Source: an uncultured Bdellovibrionales bacterium
GTDB lineage: Bacteria; Bdellovibrionota_C; UBA2361; JBGSMV01
DNA length: 64,000 nucleotides
Direction of reading: 5' to 3'
Assembly (NCBI GenBank): GCA_964631745.1
Contig: CAZVWV010000002.1
Coordinates: 999-64,998, forward strand
The notes under the pieces are model-generated. The model did not search any database. It worked only from the letters and a program-made list of their open reading frames with translations, and was not told the DNA's origin. The position numbers and the translations under genes are program-made. Positions 8,900-17,746 of the stretch are shown one piece after another. The number at the start of each line of letters is the position of its first letter. The first letter of the stretch is position 1.

Positions 8900-9856
8900 T
8901 CACAGTTCGACCAATTGCGCCATACCGAAACCCGTCTTGCCAAATTCATTGCCATTATAGAGTAGATAGATCTGTTCATCGCATCGAAATATATGGGGAT
9001 AGCAAAGCATTTGGGAATCCCAGCCACTTTCTGAACGATTTAATCCTCCCCTCTTGTCATCGCGAATCCAATTGACTAAATCCATCGAACGGGCATAGCC
9101 AAGCCGATAACTCCGTTGCTTTCCTGATCTAAACCCCGTAGCGTGGCGATAACAGAAATACATATGGTAGCAATCATCAATTTTAATCACGCTTGGAAGC
9201 GCCTGACACTCATTTTCGTCTAAAACAGTCTCGATAAGCTGCTTACTGTCACGTTGCCAATGAACTCCGTCCACCGACTGTGCCTGAGCAATGCGGTAAA
9301 CCCTTTGTGGCTCAGTTTCATACGGATCGCAAAACCACTTACATCCGTAGATATACCACATATAGTATCGCTCCCCAATTTTGGATACAAAAGCATCGCT
9401 GACCAAAAAGGGCTCAAGAAGCGAAGCACCTAGTACTGGGCCCTGACCAAGCTTCTCGAATGTCAGCCCTTGATCGTTACTCACCGCATAGCCAATCGAT
9501 GCCTCAGCTGATACAGAGACTCTTCTACTCCATCCAGTCGTGTATGCAATTATCTTATTCCCGTCCCGAAGAACATTCATCGGAAAAATGCCGTGTTCGT
9601 CGAAACATCCGGGTCCTCCCAAGGCGATGACAGGTTCTTGGGCGACAGCCCTAATTGATTTAAAATCCTTATCGAAATCGACATAAGCTACCAGACTCAA
9701 ATATTTTCCATTCTTGTCGAGCATTCGAGTCGAGAAATATACTCGCACAAAATCGTCAAAGACTAAGGCCTGGGGCGACTGTGCGAAAGCCGTACACTGC
9801 TTAGGAAGCTTATGGGTCGAAGGATCGAATATCTGCCCCAATTTTTTCCAAAACAT
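8900..9856 (-). CDS. BNR/Asp-box repeat beta-propeller protein (sialidase or glycoside-hydrolase-like fold), paralog 2
   Basis: Asp-box motifs SNDQGLTF and SVDGVHW. About 45% identical to the adjacent 9863..10828 product (MFWKKLGQIFDP vs MFSWKKLGRVLDP). Confidence 0.45.
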   Translation of the reverse strand: MFWKKLGQIFDPSTHKLPKQCTAFAQSPQALVFDDFVRVYFSTRMLDKNGKYLSLVAYVDFDKDFKSIRAVAQEPVIALGGPGCFDEHGIFPMNVLRDGNKIIAYTTGWSRRVSVSAEASIGYAVSNDQGLTFEKLGQGPVLGASLLEPFLVSDAFVSKIGERYYMWYIYGCKWFCDPYETEPQRVYRIAQAQSVDGVHWQRDSKQLIETVLDENECQALPSVIKIDDCYHMYFCYRHATGFRSGKQRSYRLGYARSMDLVNWIRDDKRGGLNRSESGWDSQMLCYPHIFRCDEQIYLLYNGNEFGKTGFGMAQLVEL

Positions 9857-9862
9857 TTCTTC

Positions 9863-10828
9863 TTAAGCCCCCGAGTAAGTGTCTAATTCTGCTAATCCAA
9901 AACCGACTCTGCCGATTTCATTCCCTTGGTAAAGCACGTACAGTTTACCGTCCAGTTCTACCAAATGAGCATAGCTTATAGATTCCGAGTCCCATCCGGA
10001 CCCCGACGTAGTCAAACCGGCTCGTCCATCCAAACGCACCCAATTATAAAGGTCGTCCGAGCAAGCATAGCCTATACGATAACCACGAGTTGGCTGAGTG
10101 AATCTCAGTGCATACCGGTATGAAAAAAACATATGATACTTATCTCTGAAGAAGGTGACATCGGGACTTGCTTGACATTCCTCTTCGCTCAAGACGGGAG
10201 GAATTAATGTCTTGCCAACTTTAGTCCAGTTCAACCCGTCACTCGAGTAGGCCATGCGTATCTTGTATACCGGTTCTGAACGAGTATCGGTCAGTAGCCA
10301 CTTATCGCCCGCGACGTACCAAAGGTACCACATGTCTTTAAATCTTCTAATTTTTGGACTCCCGATAACAAAGGGTTCGTCTGGGCTATAACCGAGCACT
10401 GGTCCTTCACCAAGACGTTGAAAAGTTTCTCCATTATCCCAGCTGACGGCGACACCAATAGCAGCATTAAACGGGACCGATTCGCATCTGGTCCAACCTG
10501 CATAATACAGTCTTATTTCGTCACCGTAGCGAATGACAGAAGCAGGATAGATACCAAATTCATCGAAGGTGCCTAAGCGGCCGAGCGGTAAGACTGGATT
10601 TGGAGCCAATGCTTTGACACAACGAAGATCTTTTCGATCTAAATCGACGTAACCAAGCTGGCTTACATACTGACCGGCACTATCGGGAGATGTACGAGAT
10701 GAGAAGAAGACTCGAACATTCTCGTCAAGCACCAAGGCTGAAGGAGCCTGCGCAAACTCTCGAATCCATGTTGAACTTGGTATTGAGGCGGGATCAAGAA
10801 CTCTACCCAATTTTTTCCATGAAAACAT
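9863..10828 (-). CDS. BNR/Asp-box repeat beta-propeller protein (sialidase or glycoside-hydrolase-like fold), paralog 1
   Basis: Asp-box motifs SWDNGETF and SSDGLNWT. Tandem paralog of the 8900..9856 product. Confidence 0.45.
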   Translation of the reverse strand: MFSWKKLGRVLDPASIPSSTWIREFAQAPSALVLDENVRVFFSSRTSPDSAGQYVSQLGYVDLDRKDLRCVKALAPNPVLPLGRLGTFDEFGIYPASVIRYGDEIRLYYAGWTRCESVPFNAAIGVAVSWDNGETFQRLGEGPVLGYSPDEPFVIGSPKIRRFKDMWYLWYVAGDKWLLTDTRSEPVYKIRMAYSSDGLNWTKVGKTLIPPVLSEEECQASPDVTFFRDKYHMFFSYRYALRFTQPTRGYRIGYACSDDLYNWVRLDGRAGLTTSGSGWDSESISYAHLVELDGKLYVLYQGNEIGRVGFGLAELDTYSGA

Positions 10829-10839
10829 ATTCCGTGCTG

Positions 10840-11511
10840 CTAAGACAGTTTACACAAACTCTCTGCACCGGTTTTCAAGCATCCATAGTAATAGTCGTTA
10901 AAACCAGCGGCTTCCATCATCTCGAAAATTTTATGCATATCGTATGTGACCCTATGTAATTCAAATCGACCATCGAATGTCGCAAAAGCAGCACGCGGGT
11001 CCTTGTCTCGTGGTTGCCCAACTGAGCCGGGGTTGCAATAAGCCTTGCTGCCATAGTCGCATAAGATCTGCTTATGAGTGTGCCCTGAAACAAAAAATTT
11101 GCCGACAATATTACGAAAATAGTCAGCAGTAGGTTGTACATACTCATCAATGGGATCCGACCAACCGCCGTGAACCAAATGCAGCTTACCTACTCTTCTA
11201 TGCAACGAAAGTTGGCTTAACCAGCTCAAGTTGTCCGCGGTAATAATCTTGCGTTGGTAGGTCAAACAATCGTTGACACTTCTGGAGCGCGGACAGAAGC
11301 CTCCGCCCACCATATACCAATCGTGATTGCCCATTATTGTGGGGATTTCACGCCCTATGAGCTCCTGACAACACTCATTGATCTGAGGATAATAGCCTAC
11401 GACATCACCAAGACAATACACCTGCGACACGCGCAGCGCATCTAGCTTCGCCAAGACCGATTGTAATGCTTCGTAATTGCCATGGATATCAGAAATGAGA
11501 CCAATTTTCAT
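10840..11511 (-). CDS. Calcineurin-like metallophosphoesterase (YfcE/MJ0936-type)
   Basis: DIHGN, GDvvgyyP, GNHD and GHTH motifs. Overlaps the upstream ATP-grasp gene by 4 nt. Confidence 0.75.
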   Translation of the reverse strand: MKIGLISDIHGNYEALQSVLAKLDALRVSQVYCLGDVVGYYPQINECCQELIGREIPTIMGNHDWYMVGGGFCPRSRSVNDCLTYQRKIITADNLSWLSQLSLHRRVGKLHLVHGGWSDPIDEYVQPTADYFRNIVGKFFVSGHTHKQILCDYGSKAYCNPGSVGQPRDKDPRAAFATFDGRFELHRVTYDMHKIFEMMEAAGFNDYYYGCLKTGAESLCKLS

Positions 11512-12470
11512 TTATACGAAACTAAGTCTTCCACATAACGTACCGCTTCGCCATATCTAAGCTTGGGCTGGCGCGGCAACTTCTTTTCTAGAAAAAAATC
11601 AACTAACATCGCAGACTCGTTGTAGCCAAAAGCAGTTCGCATAGATGTGGAAGAAGAGATGCGCGGGTTAATTTCAAGCAATTTTAAGGCCCCGGCGTGT
11701 TTTCTAAATTGAAAATTTGTAGGTCCCAGCGGGCGAAAATAGCGGCACAGTTCGCGCAAGACATCTTGCGCCTCATCGAGTTTCACAACTTCCGCCCTGT
11801 CCGTATATCCATCCTTTGATAACCTACGGCGCAAACTTATTTGCGCACAGTAATCGCCATTTCCATCACCAAAGACTGAAACAGTATACTCTTCCTCGTC
11901 ACTTCCCACAAGTGCTTGCGACATTAAAGACTTACCAATATTCTCACGATGGGCCAGAAATACAGTCCGATCTGCCACCCTCACTATTCCGCGAGCAGCA
12001 TGCCCATGACGCGGTTTCAATATGAACGGAACGCCGAACCGTTCAGCAAGAAGATCAAAATTGTCATCCAATGACGAATCTATAACAAATGCTGGATTGA
12101 GTTTTGCCAGGTGTCCATAAAAAACCCATTTGTCCTTGCAAAGGGCGATTAACTCCGGTCTGTTCAGCGCGAATATGCGGCTGTTTTTTGACATTTCATG
12201 CAAATTCTCACTCCACTTGTACATATCAATCTCAATTCCCGGGACAACTAAATCCACTGCATGCTTACGAATCGTTGCATCCAACCATCCTATATAGCCG
12301 TCGTCATTTGTATTCGGAGCAACTTCAAAAATATCACTGAAGTGTTCAGCGATAGTTCCCGTATAGATGGAAGTGCCAATCAGCGTCACGTTTTCATGGA
12401 CTTTCCGCAGGGAACGCAAAATTCCATAACCGATAATTCCACTGGCTCCCGAAACCAAAATTGTTGTCAT
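11508..12470 (-). CDS. ATP-grasp family ligase
   Basis: FILKPRHGHAARGI (the ATP-binding lysine loop) and LEINPRISSS (the E-x-N signature of ATP-grasp enzymes). N-terminal Rossmann-like GASGIIG. Confidence 0.75.
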   Translation of the reverse strand: MTTILVSGASGIIGYGILRSLRKVHENVTLIGTSIYTGTIAEHFSDIFEVAPNTNDDGYIGWLDATIRKHAVDLVVPGIEIDMYKWSENLHEMSKNSRIFALNRPELIALCKDKWVFYGHLAKLNPAFVIDSSLDDNFDLLAERFGVPFILKPRHGHAARGIVRVADRTVFLAHRENIGKSLMSQALVGSDEEEYTVSVFGDGNGDYCAQISLRRRLSKDGYTDRAEVVKLDEAQDVLRELCRYFRPLGPTNFQFRKHAGALKLLEINPRISSSTSMRTAFGYNESAMLVDFFLEKKLPRQPKLRYGEAVRYVEDLVSYK

Positions 12471-13354
12471 ATGTCTATCTTTGTCCTTCTCGAAGATGCT
12501 ATGCGATTTAACCCTTCCTGAATAGAAATCTTAGGGTAAAAACCGATTCGCTCATAAAGCGAGAAGTTCTTATGGAAGATCTTATCAGCAAGGTCGTCTC
12601 GCGTAATATCGAAGCTGACCTTCCCATGGCGCCCAAACGCCTCAAAGGCGGCATTAGCAACAGTTGAATAAGAATAATCCTGTACATACTGGCAATTGTA
12701 GATCCCTTCGAGACGCAGCTGTACAACTCGGCGCAAGACATCCGTGAGATCTTCGATGAAAATGTAATTTCGTAAAGCGTCATGGCTACCGTAAATGATG
12801 ATATCTCTGCCAGCTTGAGCTTGATCAATAATATGATACAAGAAAGGCTGATGTCGACGGAAGTTTTCAGTCTCACCGTAAATTTGAGAAGGACGCACGA
12901 TGCACAACGGGAGAGAGTTGGTTGCACAATGCATCACCGCCACATCCTCAGAATATCTTTTTGTCAAAGCATATGGTGAATACGAAGCAAAACCTTGCCC
13001 AATAGATGCAAAAATGCTCGAAACTTGAATAAAATGCTTTGCGCCCATTTTGGCGGCTTTTTCACAAAGCCTTAGTGTCCCAAGGACATTAATATTGATT
13101 GCGTCTGATAGTTGATTATACGACGCACCTCCGAAGTGCGCCGCGGTATTTATAACAACATCCAGATTCGTTGGAATTTCCATCTCCTCTGGACCTTCCG
13201 CCAAGTCAACATGAACATCACAAGAATTCCGGCCGCCGGTCACTACCTCACAGAATTCAGAAAGCGCAACTTTGAGTGCTACCCCTAATGCAGAATGACC
13301 CCCGACAATCAGAACTTTCATCGCATCCTCTGAATTTGGGCTAGTATTCCGCAC
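12467..13354 (-). CDS. NAD-dependent epimerase/dehydratase family (extended SDR) protein
   Basis: N-terminal MKVLIVGGHSALG nucleotide-binding motif and catalytic YALTK (YxxxK). Overlaps both neighbouring genes by 4 nt and 37 nt. Confidence 0.7.
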   Translation of the reverse strand: MRNTSPNSEDAMKVLIVGGHSALGVALKVALSEFCEVVTGGRNSCDVHVDLAEGPEEMEIPTNLDVVINTAAHFGGASYNQLSDAININVLGTLRLCEKAAKMGAKHFIQVSSIFASIGQGFASYSPYALTKRYSEDVAVMHCATNSLPLCIVRPSQIYGETENFRRHQPFLYHIIDQAQAGRDIIIYGSHDALRNYIFIEDLTDVLRRVVQLRLEGIYNCQYVQDYSYSTVANAAFEAFGRHGKVSFDITRDDLADKIFHKNFSLYERIGFYPKISIQEGLNRIASSRRTKIDI

Positions 13355-14058
13355 GAAAGTTCAGGATAACCAATTCCTACTTCACATAATGCGTCGATAA
13401 TCCGATGGTCTAGCTTCAAATCCAAAATTTGCTTGGTCGTAAACGGTTTGAGATAAATTCCTTCCAATTGCGCAATCTCACAACCTGCCTTATGCACGTC
13501 CTCTCTCAATGTACGAACAGTATAGTAGCGCTTGTGTCCAAGCAAAACATCATTGCCCGATAGCTCTTCGATGTTGGGCAGCAAGCCCGCAATGTGCCCC
13601 AGCCTTCGATTAAGGGCTTCGGCATTAGGCACGGCAACATATAGTGTCCCACCGGGCTCCAAAAATCTTGCATAACGCGAAATGAGAAAAGCGGGATTAT
13701 CCACATGCTCCAAAACAAAGCCCAAAACAATCAAGTCAAAAATCTCAGTGGTGTCAAAACTTTCGAAGAGTGACTCAACTACTTGCGCTGAACAATCTGG
13801 AAATCTTTGCTTAAAATGGACTGTGACGGCAGGCGAACCATCTATCACCACATGTCGTTTAAAATGCTTCGCGAATCTAGCGGTGGAATACCCATGACCC
13901 AATCCTAACTCTAATAAAGACTTCGCCTCACCTGACAAGGCAATGATTCGCTCAGGATACCAATTCAATAAAATTTCATTATCAAAATCGTACAAAATCC
14001 CACCGTTATAGGCAGTGACCGATCTATCCAATGTTTTATTCATAGGTGTGTCACTCAT
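13318..14058 (-). CDS. Class I SAM-dependent methyltransferase, paralog of the 8099..8839 product
   Basis: Motif I LELGLGHGYS, LIVLGFVLEHVDNP, and a C-terminus co-linear with the other methyltransferase. Confidence 0.7.
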   Translation of the reverse strand: MSDTPMNKTLDRSVTAYNGGILYDFDNEILLNWYPERIIALSGEAKSLLELGLGHGYSTARFAKHFKRHVVIDGSPAVTVHFKQRFPDCSAQVVESLFESFDTTEIFDLIVLGFVLEHVDNPAFLISRYARFLEPGGTLYVAVPNAEALNRRLGHIAGLLPNIEELSGNDVLLGHKRYYTVRTLREDVHKAGCEIAQLEGIYLKPFTTKQILDLKLDHRIIDALCEVGIGYPELSCGILAQIQRMR

Positions 14059-14064
14059 GTCTTA

Positions 14065-15150
14065 TTATTCGATTACTTCACCGACGATCCTAGCTATTTT
14101 GGAAACAATTTCAGACTCAAGGTCATGATACAATGGTAAGCATAGCACTCGCTTGGCTACGTCTTCCGTAATTGGAACGCTTTGCGGTTTAACATAATTA
14201 AGCCTATTCAGCGCAGGGTAAAAGTAGCGACGGGTCAATATAAGTTGATCTTTCAACGCAGCACGGACACGCAACAAAACGCTTTCTGATTCAAAAAGCA
14301 CAGGATAGTAAGAATAATTATATTGCAGACCTGGTTGGCTAGTCGGCCTGCTAAGCTTAGCCTTCCAAAATGGCGCCAGCAGCCTGTCGTATTCATCGGT
14401 TACGACTTTTCTTTTTTGAATGAGTGTTGGAACATGGGGAAGAACTGCTAGGCCCATAGCAGCGTGGAGTTCCGAATTCTTTGCATTAATTCCTAATCCA
14501 AAAAAAGCCTCGGGGCCATTGTGCCCGAAATTCATCAAGTAAAATATCTTGTGTGCGAGGTCATCGTCATTAGTTAAAATGGCCCCGCCTTCCCCAGTAT
14601 GAAATAGTTTAGTGGCATGGAAACTGACTGTCGAGATATCGCCGTTATTTAATATCGCTTTTCCATTCAAACGACACGCAAAAGCCTGGGCCCCGTCGTA
14701 TATGACCTTGAGACGATTAGCTTCTGCGATTTGCTGTATTTTTTCCACATCGCAACTATTACCGTAAACATGCACCGGCAAAATTGCCGATGTATTTCCA
14801 TTAATTTTTGCTTCTATACATGCAGGGTCGAGACAAAATGTGCGCGGGTCTATTTCAGAATAAATTGGCTCGCACCCCTCCCAACAAATCGCCGCGGTAG
14901 TGGCGACGTAACTGAAAGCGCTAGTGATAATTTCCCCACCAAGTCCTAGTGCGCGAATAGCAATTTGCAAGGCAATCGTGCCGTTGCTGACTAGATAAAC
15001 ATGCTTTACTCCGAACAGAGACTTAAGCTCGGCCTGCAAGCGCTGAGATAGAGGACCATGATTCGTAACCCAACGCTGGTCCCAAATTTGCCGCAGATAT
15101 TCCACATAGGTATTAAAATCGGGAACGAATGTTTTGGTTACGGTAATCAT
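14065..15150 (-). CDS. DegT/DnrJ/EryC1/StrS-family PLP-dependent sugar aminotransferase (ArnB/PseC-like)
   Basis: 361 aa. SFHATK carries the PLP lysine. Family-typical N-terminus (VTKTFVPDFNTYVEYLRQIWD..WVTNHGP) and C-terminal LCLPLYHDL. Confidence 0.85.
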   Translation of the reverse strand: MITVTKTFVPDFNTYVEYLRQIWDQRWVTNHGPLSQRLQAELKSLFGVKHVYLVSNGTIALQIAIRALGLGGEIITSAFSYVATTAAICWEGCEPIYSEIDPRTFCLDPACIEAKINGNTSAILPVHVYGNSCDVEKIQQIAEANRLKVIYDGAQAFACRLNGKAILNNGDISTVSFHATKLFHTGEGGAILTNDDDLAHKIFYLMNFGHNGPEAFFGLGINAKNSELHAAMGLAVLPHVPTLIQKRKVVTDEYDRLLAPFWKAKLSRPTSQPGLQYNYSYYPVLFESESVLLRVRAALKDQLILTRRYFYPALNRLNYVKPQSVPITEDVAKRVLCLPLYHDLESEIVSKIARIVGEVIE

Positions 15151-15629
15151 TGGTAACCGTCTCCAATTGTACCTGAATTGAAAAATTTACAGTTTGAAAT
15201 ATATTTGCACGATATTGTATACAATTCATCAATCCCTTTCGGATCTTTCTATCACTAAGTCACAGCTCGGTCGATAGCCCCAGGACAATCTCACTGGCAG
15301 CAACCTATCGTCCTATAATCTACTGGTATAATTGAGGAAATTGAAATGAGGCAGATAGGCAAGAGTTGCACCCCTGAATAGAGTTAGCATTATAGTCTAA
15401 CCTATCAGAAGAAAAGCCGATGGAAGCGCGTCTAGTAAATTTCGCACTACTGTCACATTTTTCAGTTATCAGGGATCCACGTCGCATATGCGGAAAGTTA
15501 CATCGGCTTGAGAAGATCTTATGCCTGTCTGTGTAGGGCATTATAAGCGGAGCTGAGAGTTGGGTTGAAACTCTGCGCAGGCCAGTAAGTGCAGAAATAG
15601 TATCGATTGACGGAAAGACGCTGCGGCGT

Positions 15630-16301
15630 TCATTTGACAAGGCAAACGGTTTGCATCCACTTCATATAGTGAGCGCACTGGTCATAGCGTCCGCCAGCGG
15701 CCACGCTCCCACACTCCCTGTATCCCTCCATCTGCACCTCCAGAATGGTGCCGGTATAGTAATCCAATCCGCGAGCAAGGCTCAGGTCGACCTCGATGTT
15801 AGCCAGCGCATCGGGATCCAAAAGCGATACAAGCTCCACCATTTTCGTCTTTGCCTTCCAAGCAGAGCTTATTGTTCACTTACAAGCTAGACAGAACGTA
15901 CCGCCTTCAGCCGCAGGAATTTTTACCTCCGCAAAGTCGGTGATTCTTTTGGCTTGGCTTTGGTCGATCTTGACCTTTTCAATGAGATCTTTAAGCACTG
16001 CATCTCTGCCGGTCTTGGCAATTTTATCCAGCACCGTTATGGCAGCCTTTGACTCGTCGGCATTCAGGCCAAGCGAGGCACAGATTCCAAGCAACAGCTT
16101 ACGGTTATTAATACGCATGGCATGTTTACCGACATCAAGCACCTTGAAGACCTGATGCATGGCCGAGCGGTAGGTGCAGCACCTGTGCCGGACTTTGGTC
16201 ATACATCCTGGGCGACACCGTGCGCTTTGTGGATTCAATTCCGCCGCGCGTGATGGTAACCGGCCGCACGTCGTAATTACCTCTCGGCATTCCGTGAACA
16301 T
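15630..16301 (-). pseudogene. Decayed fragment of a histidyl-tRNA synthetase-like (HisS/HisZ class II) gene with in-frame stops
   Basis: [16 protein letters not shown]...[10 protein letters not shown] is the HisRS motif-3 region. Upstream in the same frame, INNRKLLLGI...ITVLDKIAKTGRDAVLKDL.EKVKID matches the HisRS insertion domain. Two stop codons at 15876..15878 and 15870..15872 separate the pieces. The N-terminal motif 1/2 region and the anticodon-binding domain are absent. Confidence 0.5.
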
Positions 16302-16898
16302 TTAATAGCCGAAGAGATCGAGGCCGGAATTTCCGGGGCCGCCGCCGCCATCGGGCGGGATGTAAGCGATTATCCGGTAGGCGCTCTGTACCCAACCAGC
16401 GCGTTGGAGCTAGGCGGCCATCTTTATGTGGTGGAGTTCAGCGGAACAGGCGAGATTCAAAACCAAAAGGCTCTAGATGAATTCTCAGCCGTCTTAGACC
16501 GCATACTCTGCGCGCGAAGCGCGGATTACGCCGCCCACCGAAACTAAGGTTTCGGGCTTAAGCCGCCCCAAATAAAGCCTGTGCGACCTGGGTCTTTTGC
16601 GGATTGAATGAAATCACGCGGCAAGTTCGGCGGGCAGAATAAGGTGCCACGGATTATTAATCGGGGGAGGTGTTTGATGGGCTGGTGGCGTATGAGTGAG
16701 GAGGAGGAGCACTTGAGGGTCTATCTATGATGCAAGAGTGGCTGTCTATTACTAGCCCCATTTTGGATCAAAGATCACGACTCTTAATTGAAGCTATGGG
16801 TTCAGTTTTGTCCTTAAGCGGGTGATCGGGTCTTTCGCTAGGGCCCGGGAAAATCTATCGTCTTACAGGATTCAGGAATTAGAACAGGTAGGTCACTC

Positions 16899-17603
16899 GT
16901 GAAAATAGCTATCATGCAACCGTACTGGTTTCCATACATCGGCTATTTTCAGCTCATGTCCGCAGTGGACACCTTCATAGTATACGACAATGTGCAGTAT
17001 ACAAAAAAGGGTTGGGTTAATCGCAATCGAATACTCCATCAAAGTCAACCAGTTCAAATCTCCATACCCATAAAGAAAGGGGGTCATTCGCTATTCATAA
17101 TTGACCGGATCATTGCTGACAATTGGAGTACACAACGGTGGAGAATCTTAAATCAAGTGCGCGATTTTTACCTGCAAGCTCCGATGTATCAAGATGTATT
17201 CCCACTAGTAGAGAACTGCCTATTGCACGAAGATTTAAATCTTTTTCGACATATTTCCTATTCAATTCGTAAGACCCGTGAGTACATGGGCTTGGCGTCA
17301 ACTTTTCTCGTTTCCTCCGAATTAAAAATCGATCACACCCTAAAAGGAGAAGACAAAGTTATTGCAATTTGTAGCGAAATCGGCGCAAAGCAATACATAA
17401 ACCCAATCGGTGGAACCGAACTTTACTCCAGGGAGAAATTCGCCTCATATGGCATTGATTTGCGATTCTTGAAGTCAAAGCAAATTGAATACAAACAATT
17501 CGATAAATCCTTCGTGCCTTGGCTCTCAATAATTGACGTGTTAATGTTTAATGACCTAGAAACTACTAATCAGTTTCTGAAACACGAATATATGTTGCTG
17601 TAA
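16899..17603 (+). CDS. WbqC-like family protein (function unknown, polysaccharide loci)
   Basis: MKIAIMQPYWFPYIGYFQLMSAVDTFIVYDNVQYTKKGWVNRNRI is the hallmark N-terminus of the WbqC family. GTG start. Confidence 0.75.
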   Translation: MKIAIMQPYWFPYIGYFQLMSAVDTFIVYDNVQYTKKGWVNRNRILHQSQPVQISIPIKKGGHSLFIIDRIIADNWSTQRWRILNQVRDFYLQAPMYQDVFPLVENCLLHEDLNLFRHISYSIRKTREYMGLASTFLVSSELKIDHTLKGEDKVIAICSEIGAKQYINPIGGTELYSREKFASYGIDLRFLKSKQIEYKQFDKSFVPWLSIIDVLMFNDLETTNQFLKHEYMLL

Positions 17604-17746
17604 CCCTAGAGGTGAGTTCATGAATACCCGTAGCAAGGCAAGTAGGCTTATTGCGTATGCAAGAAAGGTGACAGAGCGAGCGCGCAGGGAGCCTTTCAAC
17701 AAGAAATAGATGGCTGTCTGAATATCGGCTATATGAAGCTAGCAGA

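Noticed and set aside
12508-12927. 139-aa minus-strand ORF in an alternative frame
   Set aside because: It overlaps the SDR epimerase/dehydratase gene (12467..13354) in the same orientation and has no motifs.
15320-15640. 106-aa minus-strand ORF upstream of the DegT gene
   Set aside because: It has no similarity to HisRS C-terminal domains or anything else recognisable. It lies in the decayed non-coding gap and is likely spurious.
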